A stretch of 63,917 nucleotides of DNA, filler included, from Octopus bimaculoides (taxonomy: Eukaryota), in assembly GCF_001194135.2 (NCBI RefSeq). It is 6 parts of 5 records of this genome, joined end to end, with 100 filler letters (N's around TTAATTAATTAA, not from the genome) between each part and the next. Parts side by side here need not be neighbours in the genome. Positions count along the whole stretch, not along the records: positions 1 to 17,555 come from NC_068987.1; 5 more parts are not named here. The stretch is one strand, 5' to 3'. The notes beneath the pieces were generated by a model. It saw nothing but the letters and a program-made list of their open reading frames with translations. It did not search any database and was not told the DNA's origin. Shown in pieces: positions 1 to 11,519 of this stretch (positions are counted from its first letter, which is position 1; every line of letters starts with the position of its first letter). A program made the translations under genes and the position numbers.

Positions 1-26
1 ATATATATATATATATATATATATAG

Positions 27-1090
27 GGAGAATTCACAATAAAAGAAAAGATGAAGACATCTGGTGTAGACAACAAACAGATGTATTAGTTTAACGCTCG
101 GGAAGTGAAAAAGTCTTTAACGTTTCGAGCCTATGCTCTTCCACAGAAAGGAACACAGAAAAGAACCAAGGAAAGAAAATAAGGAATGCGTAGTGGCTAG
201 CGATCCATCATGGTGAATGCCGGACAGAGGTGTCACACAGGAGAGCTAGGAAGAAGAGGAGATAATAAAGTTGTGGTGATCCCAAAACGAAGGTGTGTAT
301 ACACGTGCTTGTGTATAAGAGACTATGTATGTATGTGCGTGGGGAAGTGGGCTGGTGATCTTGACGTATGCGTGTATGTGTTGTATGTGGATGTAAGGCT
401 GGGAAGTGGTCAGTGCTAGTGTGTAGTTGGTGGTGTGCTATGATGTGATGTGCTGTTGTCTGGTATGGTGGTGTATGGTGTAGTGGTGTGTGGTGTGGTG
501 TGTAGGAGGTGAGGGAGGCGAGATTGGGGAAAGCAAGGATGGGTGTGGGTTAACCTGAGGGTGGGGTAGAGGTAGGGTATGTGGGTAGGCTGACGGTGAG
601 AGTAGGGGTGGGGTTGCGGAAGTGGGTGTAAGGGATAGGGTAGGGTGCGATAGGATGGATAGGGAAGGTTGGGTTGGATTGTGTATGGGTGGGGGTGGGG
701 TTACGAGGGAGGAATGATGATGAATGGGGAATGGAGAAGGTGGGTAGAAGTGAAGAGAAGAGAGAAAGAGAATAGGAGTGAAGAGAAGACAGAGGAATCG
801 GAGTAAGAGAGGAGTGGTGGGTGTGAGGAAGTAGGTGTGAGTGGGAGAGAGGAGGGGAGGAGGTTAGATGAAGAGAGGAGGAGAGTTGAGCCCATGTGGT
901 ATATGAAATAGAGAGTGAAGTGGAAGAATGAAAACAGGCGTGAGATATGCAGGGATATTGTATCTGCAGTTCCATTATTTAGGCAGAATGGTATACATAT
1001 AAGTTTCCTGTACCTTGTGCGTAAGTTCCAATAGTATTTAAAATCGGTCTTTGCAAGCATCGAGTTTGTAAATGGTGTTATTGAATCGAG
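27..1090 (-). mobile_element. Penelope-like non-autonomous element (hammerhead-like motif near its 3' end, low-complexity body)
   Basis: 27-213 is homologous to 42829-43025. About 965-1040 (cagttccattatt...aagtttcctgtac...taagttccaatagta) is homologous to about 59185-59260. Carries a hammerhead-like motif at 115-150. Confidence 0.6.
115..150 (-). ncRNA. Variant minimal type I hammerhead ribozyme motif
   Basis: Minus strand reads cttt-CTGTGGA-A-GAGC(ATAG)GCTC-GAAAC-GTT-aaag: 4-bp stem I, 4-bp stem II, palindromic AACGTT. Core position 6 is U instead of A. Confidence 0.5.
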
Positions 1091-1133
1091 GGTTTTTTTG
1101 AAAATGTATATAGACTAAGTAAAACAGATGGGC

Positions 1134-1187
1134 TACTGGGAGACGTTAAAGGAACTGGGACTCTACTCCCTGGAGAAGAGACGTGAA
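1134..1187 (+). mobile_element. CR1/L2-type LINE ORF2 C-terminal fragment
   Basis: Translates to YWETLKELGLYSLEKRRE, matching the Y.ERL..LGL.SLE.RR motif at the end of CR1/L2 ORF2. Confidence 0.6.
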
Positions 1188-1415
1188 GGGGAGATAATAA
1201 AGTATTGGTGATCCCAAATATAAGGTGCGCGTGTGTTTGTACGTGAGATTGTATGTGTGCTTGTGGATAGGGGCTGGTGACTTTGACGTGTGGATGCTTG
1301 CGTCTGTAATGTGTGGGTATGTGGATGATGGTGTGATTGCTGGAAAGTGGTCAGTGGTAGTGTGTGCGATGTGGTGTGATGGTGTGCGGTGTGGGGTGGC
1401 ATGATGTGGTGTAAA
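1183..1415 (-). mobile_element. Second partial copy of the 27-1090 element
   Basis: Aligns by eye to about 255-500 (ggagataataaag..gtgatcccaaa..gggctggtga..gaagtggtcagtg). Confidence 0.75.
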
Positions 1416-1420
1416 GGTGT

Positions 1421-1752
1421 GTTGATTTAGGATCGATAAATAAGTACCAGTTGAACACAGAGGTTGGTGTAATTGACTTGTCCCCTTCCTCAAAATTGCT
1501 AGGCATATACCAAATTCTGAAATCAATATTAGAACTCCCTTAATGGCGGCGAGCTGGCACAGTTCTTACTGCTTCGGACAAAATGCTTTGCGGTATTTCG
1601 TTCATTATTATATTGAGTTCTAATTCCACCAAAGTCGACTTGCCTTTCCCTTTTTCATGGTTAATTAAAAGTATCAACTCTAAGCGGGGTCGAGGTAATC
1701 GACTAGCCTTCTGCCTCGTGATTGCTGGCTTAGTACCAAAACTCGAAATTAA
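1421..1752 (+). mobile_element. tRNA-derived SINE family A: 3' fragment (1421-1530) followed by a diverged full copy (1545-1752)
   Basis: Head ggcggcgagctggca, B-box-like gagttctaattcc, core gtcgacttgcctttc...gataaataagtaccag shared with many other copies in the window. Confidence 0.8.
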
Positions 1753-1866
1753 TACTAGAATTACCTTAAGTTTCCCTACCCATTTAATGCAATGCGAAGA
1801 AAAAAAATCAGGATGTAACATGGTAACAGCTGAAATAGGCAACAATCTCTTGATATTTCGAAGGAG

Positions 1867-1898
<32 letters not shown>

Positions 1899-2011
1899 TA
1901 TGTATATCTATTAAGTTCTAACACCAGGTTATTGGTATCGCTATACCTAAGAGAAATGTATGTATGTTTCTCTATATCTATCCATCCTTACGTATATGTA
2001 TGTATGTATAT

Positions 2012-2052
<41 letters not shown>

Positions 2053-2181
2053 CGCACATTGGAGATGAATGAGCCAGTGATAGACATGTAAATAAAAAAA
2101 CCTGAAGATTTCTTTTTTATATATAAAATTCATGTATAGAAATACGCATATCATTCTGTGTCTCTCATTCAACTTACCATT

Positions 2182-2242
<61 letters not shown>

Positions 2243-2980
2243 GACATATATCTGCACGTTATACCCGCGCACACACATATGCACACAGTCTCTCTCACAC
2301 ACACAATACGCTCTTATTGGTGCACGCACACGTGTTAAATAAAAAAAAAACCGTTGTGCATGCAAACACCACCATGATGCAGTTATCTCGCAATTATTTA
2401 GCAGTTTCGTCACGGCAATTTTCGTATAATAAAATACACACTTATACAGGTAGACAAATACCAGACATTCTCAACATTTGTATAGCCCCATTATTTCTAC
2501 ATACTAGTTCATGCTTGGAAAATCTTTTCAGGAGCGAGGTGAAAGGATGACATTGCTATGAAATCTGCATGGAGAATATGTATATGTCTGCCAGCAATGT
2601 ACATGAATACTTTTATTCATGAGTTCATTTGGCGATTACTTTACATTTTCAATGCATGTAGATGATTGCAAAACATCGTCACGCATATTTGGCTTTTTTT
2701 TTTGTTTTTTTTTATGAATGTTGATAGAGGTAAAAAAAAAAAAGAAGTACAGGTTGCAATAGAGTTGGCAAAAATTACACGTGCATACACACACATGCAT
2801 CAATGCGATATGATACACATAGTCAACACCTATGTATATATGAATGTGTGTTTATGCTTGGATATGTGTGTGTATGTATTTATGTTTATATATGTGTGCA
2901 TGTGATAGAAAAATGTAAATATTTCTCTCTCTCCCTCTCTCATCCCCTCTCTCTCTCATTCTCTCTCTCCATCTCCAGCC

Positions 2981-3018
<38 letters not shown>

Positions 3019-3981
3019 NNNNNNNNNNNNNNNNNNNNNNNNNNNNNNNNNNNNNNNNNNNNNNNNNNNNNNNNNNNNNNNNNNNNNNNNNNNNNNNNNN
3101 NNNNNNNNNNNNNNNNNNNNNNNNNNNNNNNNNNNNNNNNNNNNNNNNNNNNNNNNNNNNNNNNNNNNNNNNNNNNNNNNNNNNNNNNNNNNNNNNNNNN
3201 NNNNNNNNNNNNNNNNNNNNNNNNNNNNNNNNNNNNNNNNNNNNNNNNNNNNNNNNNNNNNNNNNNNNNNNNNNNNNNNNNNNNNNNNNNNNNNNNNNNN
3301 NNNNNNNNNNNNNNNNNNNNNNNNNNNNNNNNNNNNNNNNNNNNNNNNNNNNNNNNNNNNNNNNNNNNNNNNNNNNNNNNNNNNNNNNNNNNNNNNNNNN
3401 NNNNNNNNNNNNNNNNNNNNNNNNNNNNNNNNNNNNNNNNNNNNNNNNNNNNNNNNNNNNNNNNNNNNNNNNNNNNNNNNNNNNNNNNNNNNNNNNATAT
3501 ATATAAATATGTTCATATCGAGAGACGTGCATGCGCATATGTGAATATATATGCGTAGCAGTGTTGAATAAAGAGAGTTTCCTTGAAGTGTTTTCGGGAG
3601 ATGTTCTAAATCTCTGTGTTCTGATTTCAAATGTCCCTCGGTCAAAATTCCTCTCTATATTTTGAGGGTCGATAGACAACGTACAACTGCAGTGTGTTTG
3701 GTTTGTTTTGGTGGATGGCTACTGCGTATGAGGACCATATTTTTACAAAATATTTTTACGATTCTCTGTGATCTGAATAAAATTCCTCGCACTTGTTAGA
3801 GGCGAGTTTATAGTTTTACCTAAAGTGTTTACTTCGGAACTCTTCAAGACAGTACTAGGTATGAGAAGTTCTTAAGCAAGTGGAAAAGTATTTCAAGTGG
3901 TCTCTGAGAACGCCAGCAGGCTAACTGGCAAATCCCGTTTCATCAGTGAAAACACATACATACATACATACATACATACAT

Positions 3982-4036
<55 letters not shown>

Positions 4037-4967
4037 AATCTTACCATAAACAATACATTACATGACTCAACACAAACGTAGAGTATTCTTCTATACCTTA
4101 TAACTGAAAGGCTAATATTTCCACTACTCAGAGTTTCCAATCACCAGCTGATGATCAGAAAGAAGTAACTCTGAGTACTCGAAAAGGGTGCCTGTTATGA
4201 CACACACACACACACACACACGCATGCACGCACACACGATCGTTCCCTTATTTTGTAAGGTATTTTGTAATGTTTAAATCAGAGTCTTTACTTCTGTGAC
4301 ACGGCAATCTATAACAGCCTGACATCACTCCTATTATAATTACTGATGCTGGATGTATTCTTATTATTGTTATTAATATTATTATTATTACACAAACATC
4401 TGAAACTTTTTAAACTCAGCATCACTTATTTCTTCCCAATTATTCTGTTCTCTTTTCCTTGTTTTATTATTATTATTATTATTTTGTTTATCTTTATTAC
4501 TTTCTATAGAAACTATTTCATCCGTCTTGACAAAGTTTCTGTTAATAATTTCAGAGAGAACACGAGGTTGAAAACAGATTTATAACCCTGTCAGCTAATC
4601 ATAAATTAAGAAATATATATATATATATATATAAGTTTATTCCTTCAAATATTGAATTCAATATTTAGAATGAGAAAGTGTAACACATTCGAACGAGTGA
4701 TTAATATGCGTGCGCGCTTGTATGTGTTTGTGTTTCTGTGTGTCTGGCCGTCGAGTGTGTCACTATGTCTTTATCCTTATATATATTTCTAAATACATAT
4801 ATATATATGTATGCACACGCACACACACACACACACATATACATATATATATATATGAATATATATATATATATATATATATATANNNNNNNNNNNNNNN
4901 NNNNNNNNNNNNNNNNNNNNNNNNNNNNNNNNNATATATATACACTCCGATATTATTACATATATGT

Positions 4968-5020
<53 letters not shown>

Positions 5021-5648
5021 TATTATATATATACATCCATATACATATAAGTACCTACACACACACATATATGACTTTGTATGTGAGTGTGCATATGTAT
5101 ATAAGTCTGTGTATATATATTTAGCCAGCGCATACACACCTTCTCAGCAGACACAGAGACGTATGATGGCTGACAATAAAAATATAAGGAAATAAATACC
5201 AAGGCTCTGGCTGTTTCACTGCTATTTTATAGTCATACTATTCGCAACTTGACGCTAAGTGAGTTAACAAGACTGGATAGTGAATTGTGGAAAATAACGA
5301 TTATATTAGTAAGCACAGTAAATTCGACGAAGATTATATTTGCCGCCAAATCACACAGCTTGATGTTTTCTTTAAACAAGAAAAATAAGAATCTGCTATA
5401 GGTAAGAACCAAGCTACTGGAAATACGTCCACGATTGCAGCTATTAAGGGGCCTCCTCGAAAGCGGTGTCCCAGAATGTTTTATACACAATGTATGAAAG
5501 TAGTAAACGTGTTGAATACAAAAATTTACGTTGACAAAAACTAGAAAGGAAAAGTATAGCTCCTGATTAACATAGAAGAATGATTGACTCTAATGCATCT
5601 GTGGCAAAGACTCCATAGAGTATATGAATGATATTTATGTTATTATAA

Positions 5649-6077
5649 GGCGGTGAGCTGGCAGAATCGTTAGCACGCCGGGCGAAATGCTTAGCGGTTC
5701 GTCTGCCGTTACGTTCTGAGTTCAAATTCCGCCGAGATCGACTTTGCTTTTCGTCCATTCGGGGTTGATTAAATAAGTACAGTTACGCTCTGGGATCGAT
5801 GTAATTGACTTAATCACTTTGTTTGTCCTTGCTTGTCCCCTTTATGGTTAGCCCCTTGAGGCAATAAAAAAATAAGTGTGTTTAGCAAGCCAGGCGAAAT
5901 GCTTAGCGGTATCTCGTTTGTCTTTACGTTCTGAGTTCAAATTCCGCCGAGGTTGAATTTGCATTTCATCCTTTCGGGTTCGATAAATTAAGTGCCAGTT
6001 GCGTACTGAGGACGATCAAATCGACTGGGTACCACTCCAAACATTTCGGGCCTTGTGCCTAGAGTAGAAAAAGATAT
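5649..6077 (+). mobile_element. SINE family A tandem pair (5649-5877; 5882-6077) with different 3' tails
   Basis: A-box-like tggcagaatcgttagc, B-box-like gagttcaaattcc and shared core gactttgc.tttc.tcc.ttcgggg; tails differ. Confidence 0.9.
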
Positions 6078-6279
6078 TTATGTTATTATGAAATCTTTTG
6101 AAAAAAAAACAAGTAAAATTCAAAGAAGCAGAGAGAGAATTTGATCTCAGCATCCAAAATATGAACCCATTTGTTCTTTCTTTCATGAATATGTTCAAAT
6201 GTTCAAATAACATTAAATTCAAAGCAAAATAAGAATAAAATCCATGTTTTTGACATACGTCTTTTTAATTTTGTCAGAA

Positions 6280-6390
6280 AGCCGGTAGTTTTGAGGTGTT
6301 GCAAAGCAATTACATCGATACCTGAGGCTGTTACTTTATTTTATCGATCGCGAAAGGATGAAAGCAAAGTTCACCTTGTGGGATTTGAAC
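6280..6390 (-). mobile_element. SINE family A fragment
   Basis: Reverse complement of the core (ttttatcgatcgcgaaaggatgaaagcaaagtt...gatttgaac). Confidence 0.7.
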
Positions 6391-7020
6391 ATCTCGCTCC
6401 TCGCCTTAATCTTTAGCACAGGGAATCCTATTTGTATGTAGCTCGTTTATGAAACTGTGGAAAAAAAATCGAAGACATAATGTAAATCTTTACCATGAAG
6501 AATCTATGATATGCAGCTCAATAAATTTATGAATCAAGATCAAATACGAAAATTAAATAAACAAGAAATTTAGCAGGTTTCAGTAATGATAATAAACGTA
6601 AAGACAAACTGCAGAATCAGCTATAAATTATGTGGTTTCTGCCAAAAGACTTTCAATGAAGTCGTCAAAATGTGGGAGTAGCGTAGGACCAGTGTTTTAA
6701 AGTTCAATCTATTTTGCTATTGACGGCAATGGAACTTATTTATATATTTACTAGTTTAAATTTCAATGTAACATTATGTTGAGACAAAGCATTGAAGACA
6801 TAGACAGTGTATTAATTTTTGGACGGTGGTTTATCTGAATATGATTGAAAGAAAACCAAACGCAAACTTTTTGCATTTGAACAGACACTTTAAAGAGGTC
6901 TTTTAAACAAAGTAAGGCATTTTGTCACCGTTTAAGCGTTTGACTATGAACTGCTGTTATAACATTCATGAAAATTTCTAACACATGCGCAACGCCGAAA
7001 ATTCAAAGCTAAACATATTA

Positions 7021-7169
7021 GATTCAAATTTTGGCAGGAGGCCACCAATTTCAGGGAAGGGAATAAATTGATTTCCTCGACCAAAATGCTCAACTGGTAC
7101 TTATGTTATCGGTTTCGAAATTTAAACTCAGTACGTAAGAAATGCCACAAAATGGCAACTCGCCGCTTT
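7021..7169 (-). mobile_element. SINE family A, internally deleted
   Basis: Tail aaattttggcaggaggcc, core caactggtactt, head aactcgccgc. Confidence 0.65.
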
Positions 7170-7583
7170 ATTCGAAGCTAATATATTGCCGATAAAATTG
7201 ACTCTTGTACGTGACCGATACTTTATTATATCGGACGTAGAAGGAAGATCTAGAACAGATATCGAAAGGCATCTTGTTTGTTACTCTAAATATTCTATCA
7301 ATCCAAAATTTTATAGCGAAATAAGAGATGATTTAACCTTCCTGCAACACCCGGGCCGATTGATCGGCCCAAGTGATACAAACTGAAAGAAATTTGAGGC
7401 CGATCTATCGAACCGATGAAACAAGCGTTTTGAAGTGGAATAAGCACATCAAGGATCATCTTTCAGTAGATATAATATAAAACTATTTAATATATATAGT
7501 TTTACATACTAATAAAGCAGTTTTAGGCACTTTATCGATCGTTTCCTACATACACCCATCAAGCACCGTGTGTCTCAAAAGGG

Positions 7584-7586
<3 letters not shown>

Positions 7587-7650
<64 letters not shown>
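7587..7650. repeat. (AG)n microsatellite
   Basis: Pure AG run. Confidence 0.95.
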
Positions 7651-7653
<3 letters not shown>

Positions 7654-8739
7654 ATATGATTAAACTAATCTCAATATTAATTTTAATCGATTAAGAACGA
7701 TGATACTGAAAATTAACTTCTGCTAAATTAGATCTCAGAACATAAAGATATATAAAACATTTTCTTAATCGCTTTAGCAAAAATAAGACAGTGATGTTTG
7801 CATAGCTAGTTGAAAGCTAGTCTACGCGTATTTACCGATATTCAAAGTTTAGTGCTTCATAGCGGTTTCGAAAGAAAAAGAAAAATAATAATATAAAAAA
7901 AGGAACAGAAAATAGAGCTGAAAATTCTTCCAGATGTTTATTATGGTTTTGGCTGTCTTTATTTTATTTTTTGCTTGTTTTCATTTCAGTTGCAATGGTG
8001 GTGTTGATGTTAGTGGTATTTTCATTGGCGGTGTAGAAGAGGATAGAGTGCGAGCGATATTGTTATATGTATATTTAAATATAGTAGTATGGTGAATGAA
8101 TCCTATCACGTATTATTTGTCATTATTGACGATCGGTTTCACGCTGAGACGGGGAATATAAATGTATAGCTTGTCTGAGTCAGAGCCTTCAGGCTAGATA
8201 GCTTCCTATGAATCATAGCATTTCAACAGTTGTCGACGTATCTGTTCTTGTCAGTGAAGCCACGAGGAAAAATGTGCACCCAACTAACTCCTCATTCAAA
8301 TCTCGCCGTGAAAGAAATTGCATATTTTGGTAATGATTTGCAATATATCTGTACTTGAAATAAAAAGTAAACACAAAAGAAGAAGAAAAGATTCAAATAA
8401 AACAAAAATAAAACATTCTATTTTAATCAAAGAGTAATTATGCAGTAAACAGAATACTGAAGGAAATAAGAAAATACATAAAAATCAAGCAAATTACAAG
8501 CTGCAACCACCACTAACACCACCATCTTCAGTACTAGCACCAACACCACCACCACTACCACCGCCACAAAGACAACAATACTACTACTTCAAATTAGAAT
8601 AATATTTCTGAGAAAAATTACGTATATTCTATCAAGGTTCCCATTTCATAACATGCATTAGTGTATATGAATATGTGTGCGTGTGTGTGTATGTGTGTGT
8701 GTGTGTACTTCTTCATTCATATACACAATAAACACTAAC

Positions 8740-8772
<33 letters not shown>

Positions 8773-8775
8773 GGT

Positions 8776-8841
<66 letters not shown>

Positions 8842-8997
8842 TGTATATATGTATATATCCACATATATGTGTGTATATATATATGCATATCTATGTATGA
8901 ATATGTGTATAGACATACGCAAAGTTATTAAACTTAAGATATTCCAGTAAGTGAAATAAATGTAATGTACACTAGCACATCTGTGTGTGTTTGTGTG

Positions 8998-9028
<31 letters not shown>

Positions 9029-9042
9029 ATAGTGCGTGTGTG

Positions 9043-9262
9043 TGTCTTTCAACGTGTGTTTGTCACCCATCACCGCTTGACAACCGATGCTGTGTTGTTT
9101 ATGTCCCCCTAAGTTAGCAGCTCGATAAAAGGGAGCCATGGAAAAAGTACCAGGATCTAAAAAAAAAAAAGGACTCGTTCAATTCGCTTGACTAAAAACT
9201 CTTCACGGTGGTGCTCCAGCGTGGCCGCAGTCTAATGACTGAAACAAGTACAAGACAAAAGA
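9043..9262 (+). mobile_element. SINE family B 3' half
   Basis: cgcttgacaaccgatgctg...gtgctccagcgtggccgcagtctaatgactgaaacaagta matches 10800-10975 and 39325-39530. Confidence 0.8.
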
Positions 9263-9273
9263 CTATGCATATA

Positions 9274-9440
9274 ATGTGGCTCGATGGCAAAATATTTAGC
9301 GGTACTTGCCATTCAGAGTTCAAACCCCACCGAGGTCAACTTTGCTTTTCATTCCGTCGGGGATAGATAAAATAATCTACCATTCAAGCAGTGAGGGTGA
9401 TGTGAATAGACTTGTCCTCTCTCCTCAAAAAATTTTCTGA
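9274..9440 (+). mobile_element. Degenerate SINE family A
   Basis: cagagttcaaaccccaccgaggtcaactttgcttttcattcc core. Confidence 0.7.
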
Positions 9441-9523
9441 CTTCGAACTCTGCGACTGACCACCGTTCCGATCAGGGTGAGTGTTATTCTTTTCCACACT
9501 GAGAACGTAACGACAAATGAAAT

Positions 9524-9758
9524 ACCTATTTCGTTATTGCCCACAAGGGGGTAAACATAGAGGGAATAAACAAGAACAGACGAACGGATTAAGTCGATTA
9601 CATCGACCCCAGTGCGTAACTGGTACTTAATTTATCGACCCCGAAAGGATGAAAGGCAAAGTCGACCTCGGCGGAATTTGAACTCAGAACGTAACGACAG
9701 ATAAAATACCGCTAAGCATTTCGCTCGCTGTGCTAAAGTTTCTGCCAACTGGCCGCTC
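9524..9758 (-). mobile_element. SINE family A full copy
   Basis: High-identity reverse complement of 5649-5877. Confidence 0.9.
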
Positions 9759-9837
9759 TAGTGTTATGATCTTTATCATGGAAACCATGTAGCTGTCGCT
9801 GTTTATGCCAGGGCTGCAATATTTGTCCCGTTTTTCG

Positions 9838-10288
9838 GGTGGTGAGGTGGCAGAACAGTTAGCACGCCGGGTGAAATGCTTAGCTCTATTTTGTCCGTCT
9901 TTACGTTCTGAGTTCAAATTCTACCGAGATCGACTTTGCCTTTCATCCCATCGGTGTCGATAAATTAAGTACCAGTTGCGTACTGAGATCTATCTAATCG
10001 ACTGGGTACCTCCCCCCAAAATGTCGGGTCTTATGCCTAGAGTAGAAGAGAATATCTGTCAGGTTTTTAGGGGCGGCGAGCTGGCAGAAACGTTAGCACA
10101 CCGGACGAAATGCTTAGCGGTATTTCACCTGTCTCTATGTTCTGAGTTCAAATTCCGTCGATGTCGACTTTGCTCTTCATCCTTTCGGGGTTGATAAATT
10201 AAGTACCACTTGCGTACTGGGGTCGATCTAATCGACTGGCCCTCACCCCCAACATTTCTTGTCTTTTGCTTAGAGTAGAAAAAGATTA
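9838..10288 (+). mobile_element. SINE family A tandem pair (9838-10052; 10072-10288)
   Basis: Two head-to-tail copies with A/B boxes and tail ...cctagagtagaa. Confidence 0.9.
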
Positions 10289-10591
10289 TACATAAGTCAG
10301 TTACTAGTGCTGGTTTAATCCATTAGCTTCTATTTTCAAACTTATGGGCTTAAGCATGCGTTAGAGATCATCGTCCACCATTCTTATTTCAAAAAAATTC
10401 AAGATGGAAAAGAAACAAATGTTCCTTTGGTCTTAATCGATCGATTTAATCAAGTTAAAATTCCCTCGCATTATTGATGAAATAATCTCATCAGTTTGGC
10501 AAATTGTTCATCCCTTAGGCTTAAAATTCAGAATTGGAAGCCAAGAAACACTCGGTATCATCTTCATCTCTTCCAAATTAATAAATATGAC

Positions 10592-10740
10592 GGGGCATGT
10601 GGTAAGTAGCTTGCATACCAACCACATGGTTCCGAGTTCAGCTCACAACGCGGCACCTTTGGCAAGTGTCTTCTACTATAGCCTCGGGCCGACCAGAGCC
10701 TTGTGAGTAGATTTGGTAGACGGAAACTGGAAGAAGCCCG

Positions 10741-10784
<44 letters not shown>

Positions 10785-10975
10785 GTGTGTGTGTGTGTGC
10801 GTGTGTGCGTGTCTGTGTTTGTCCCCCCCACCANNNNNNNNNNGGCAAAGGGGAGCGATAGAATAAGTACTAGGCTTACAAAGCATAAGTCCTGGAGTCG
10901 ATTTGATTCGACTAAAAGGCGGTGCTGCAGCATGGCCGCTGTCAAATGACTGAAACAAGTAAAAGGTAAATAAGA
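10592..10975 (+). mobile_element. SINE family B (tRNA head, CORE-like accttggcaagtg segment, internal (TA)/(TG) microsatellite)
   Basis: Same architecture as the minus copies at 14255-14852 and 17183-17515. Confidence 0.85.
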
Positions 10976-11519
10976 ACTCCCTTCTAAATATATGATATGT
11001 TGCAATGATCTGCAAAAATAATAACCAAATGGCGGAAGTGGATCCGACGCATAAAAAGGATGAAGCATAAACCTTTATATTCAGTGCCATAATTTTCCCT
11101 GGGCGACTTGGGCAATATGTGGTCTTGCTTTATCTTGTAACAGCAACACGAGTAATTGACGTCTTTTTTACGATTGACCAGATACAGACAATTAGCCTGT
11201 AAACTCGAATGCTTCCGATTTACAATGATATTTCTCCACATTTAACTCTTTCCTTTCATTTTAACACTTTACATCATTGTCTCCATCAATCACAACGAAT
11301 ATAATTTTTTTGTTGTTGTTTAGGGAAATTCTGGTTTTGGAATTATTACTTCTCTTTGGTTGCCGACCGTTTTCGTTATCATTGAATGCTTTATAAGATG
11401 CGTCTTGGGTTGAAACCTTTTGGTAATTCGGCGATGAAATCGACCAGCCCCTTCCTCCGAACTACCAGGTCTTCTGTGTCTTTAGTATAAAGGATTACTA
11501 TTGTTATTAGCAGTCGTAT

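Noticed and set aside
5649-5730. tRNA genes suggested by A/B boxes
   Set aside because: These are SINE heads fused to core and tail domains; no complete cloverleaf.
7353-7370. 8-bp GC-rich palindrome gggccgat-tg-atcggccc
   Set aside because: Isolated short hairpin with no accompanying element structure; expected occasionally by chance.
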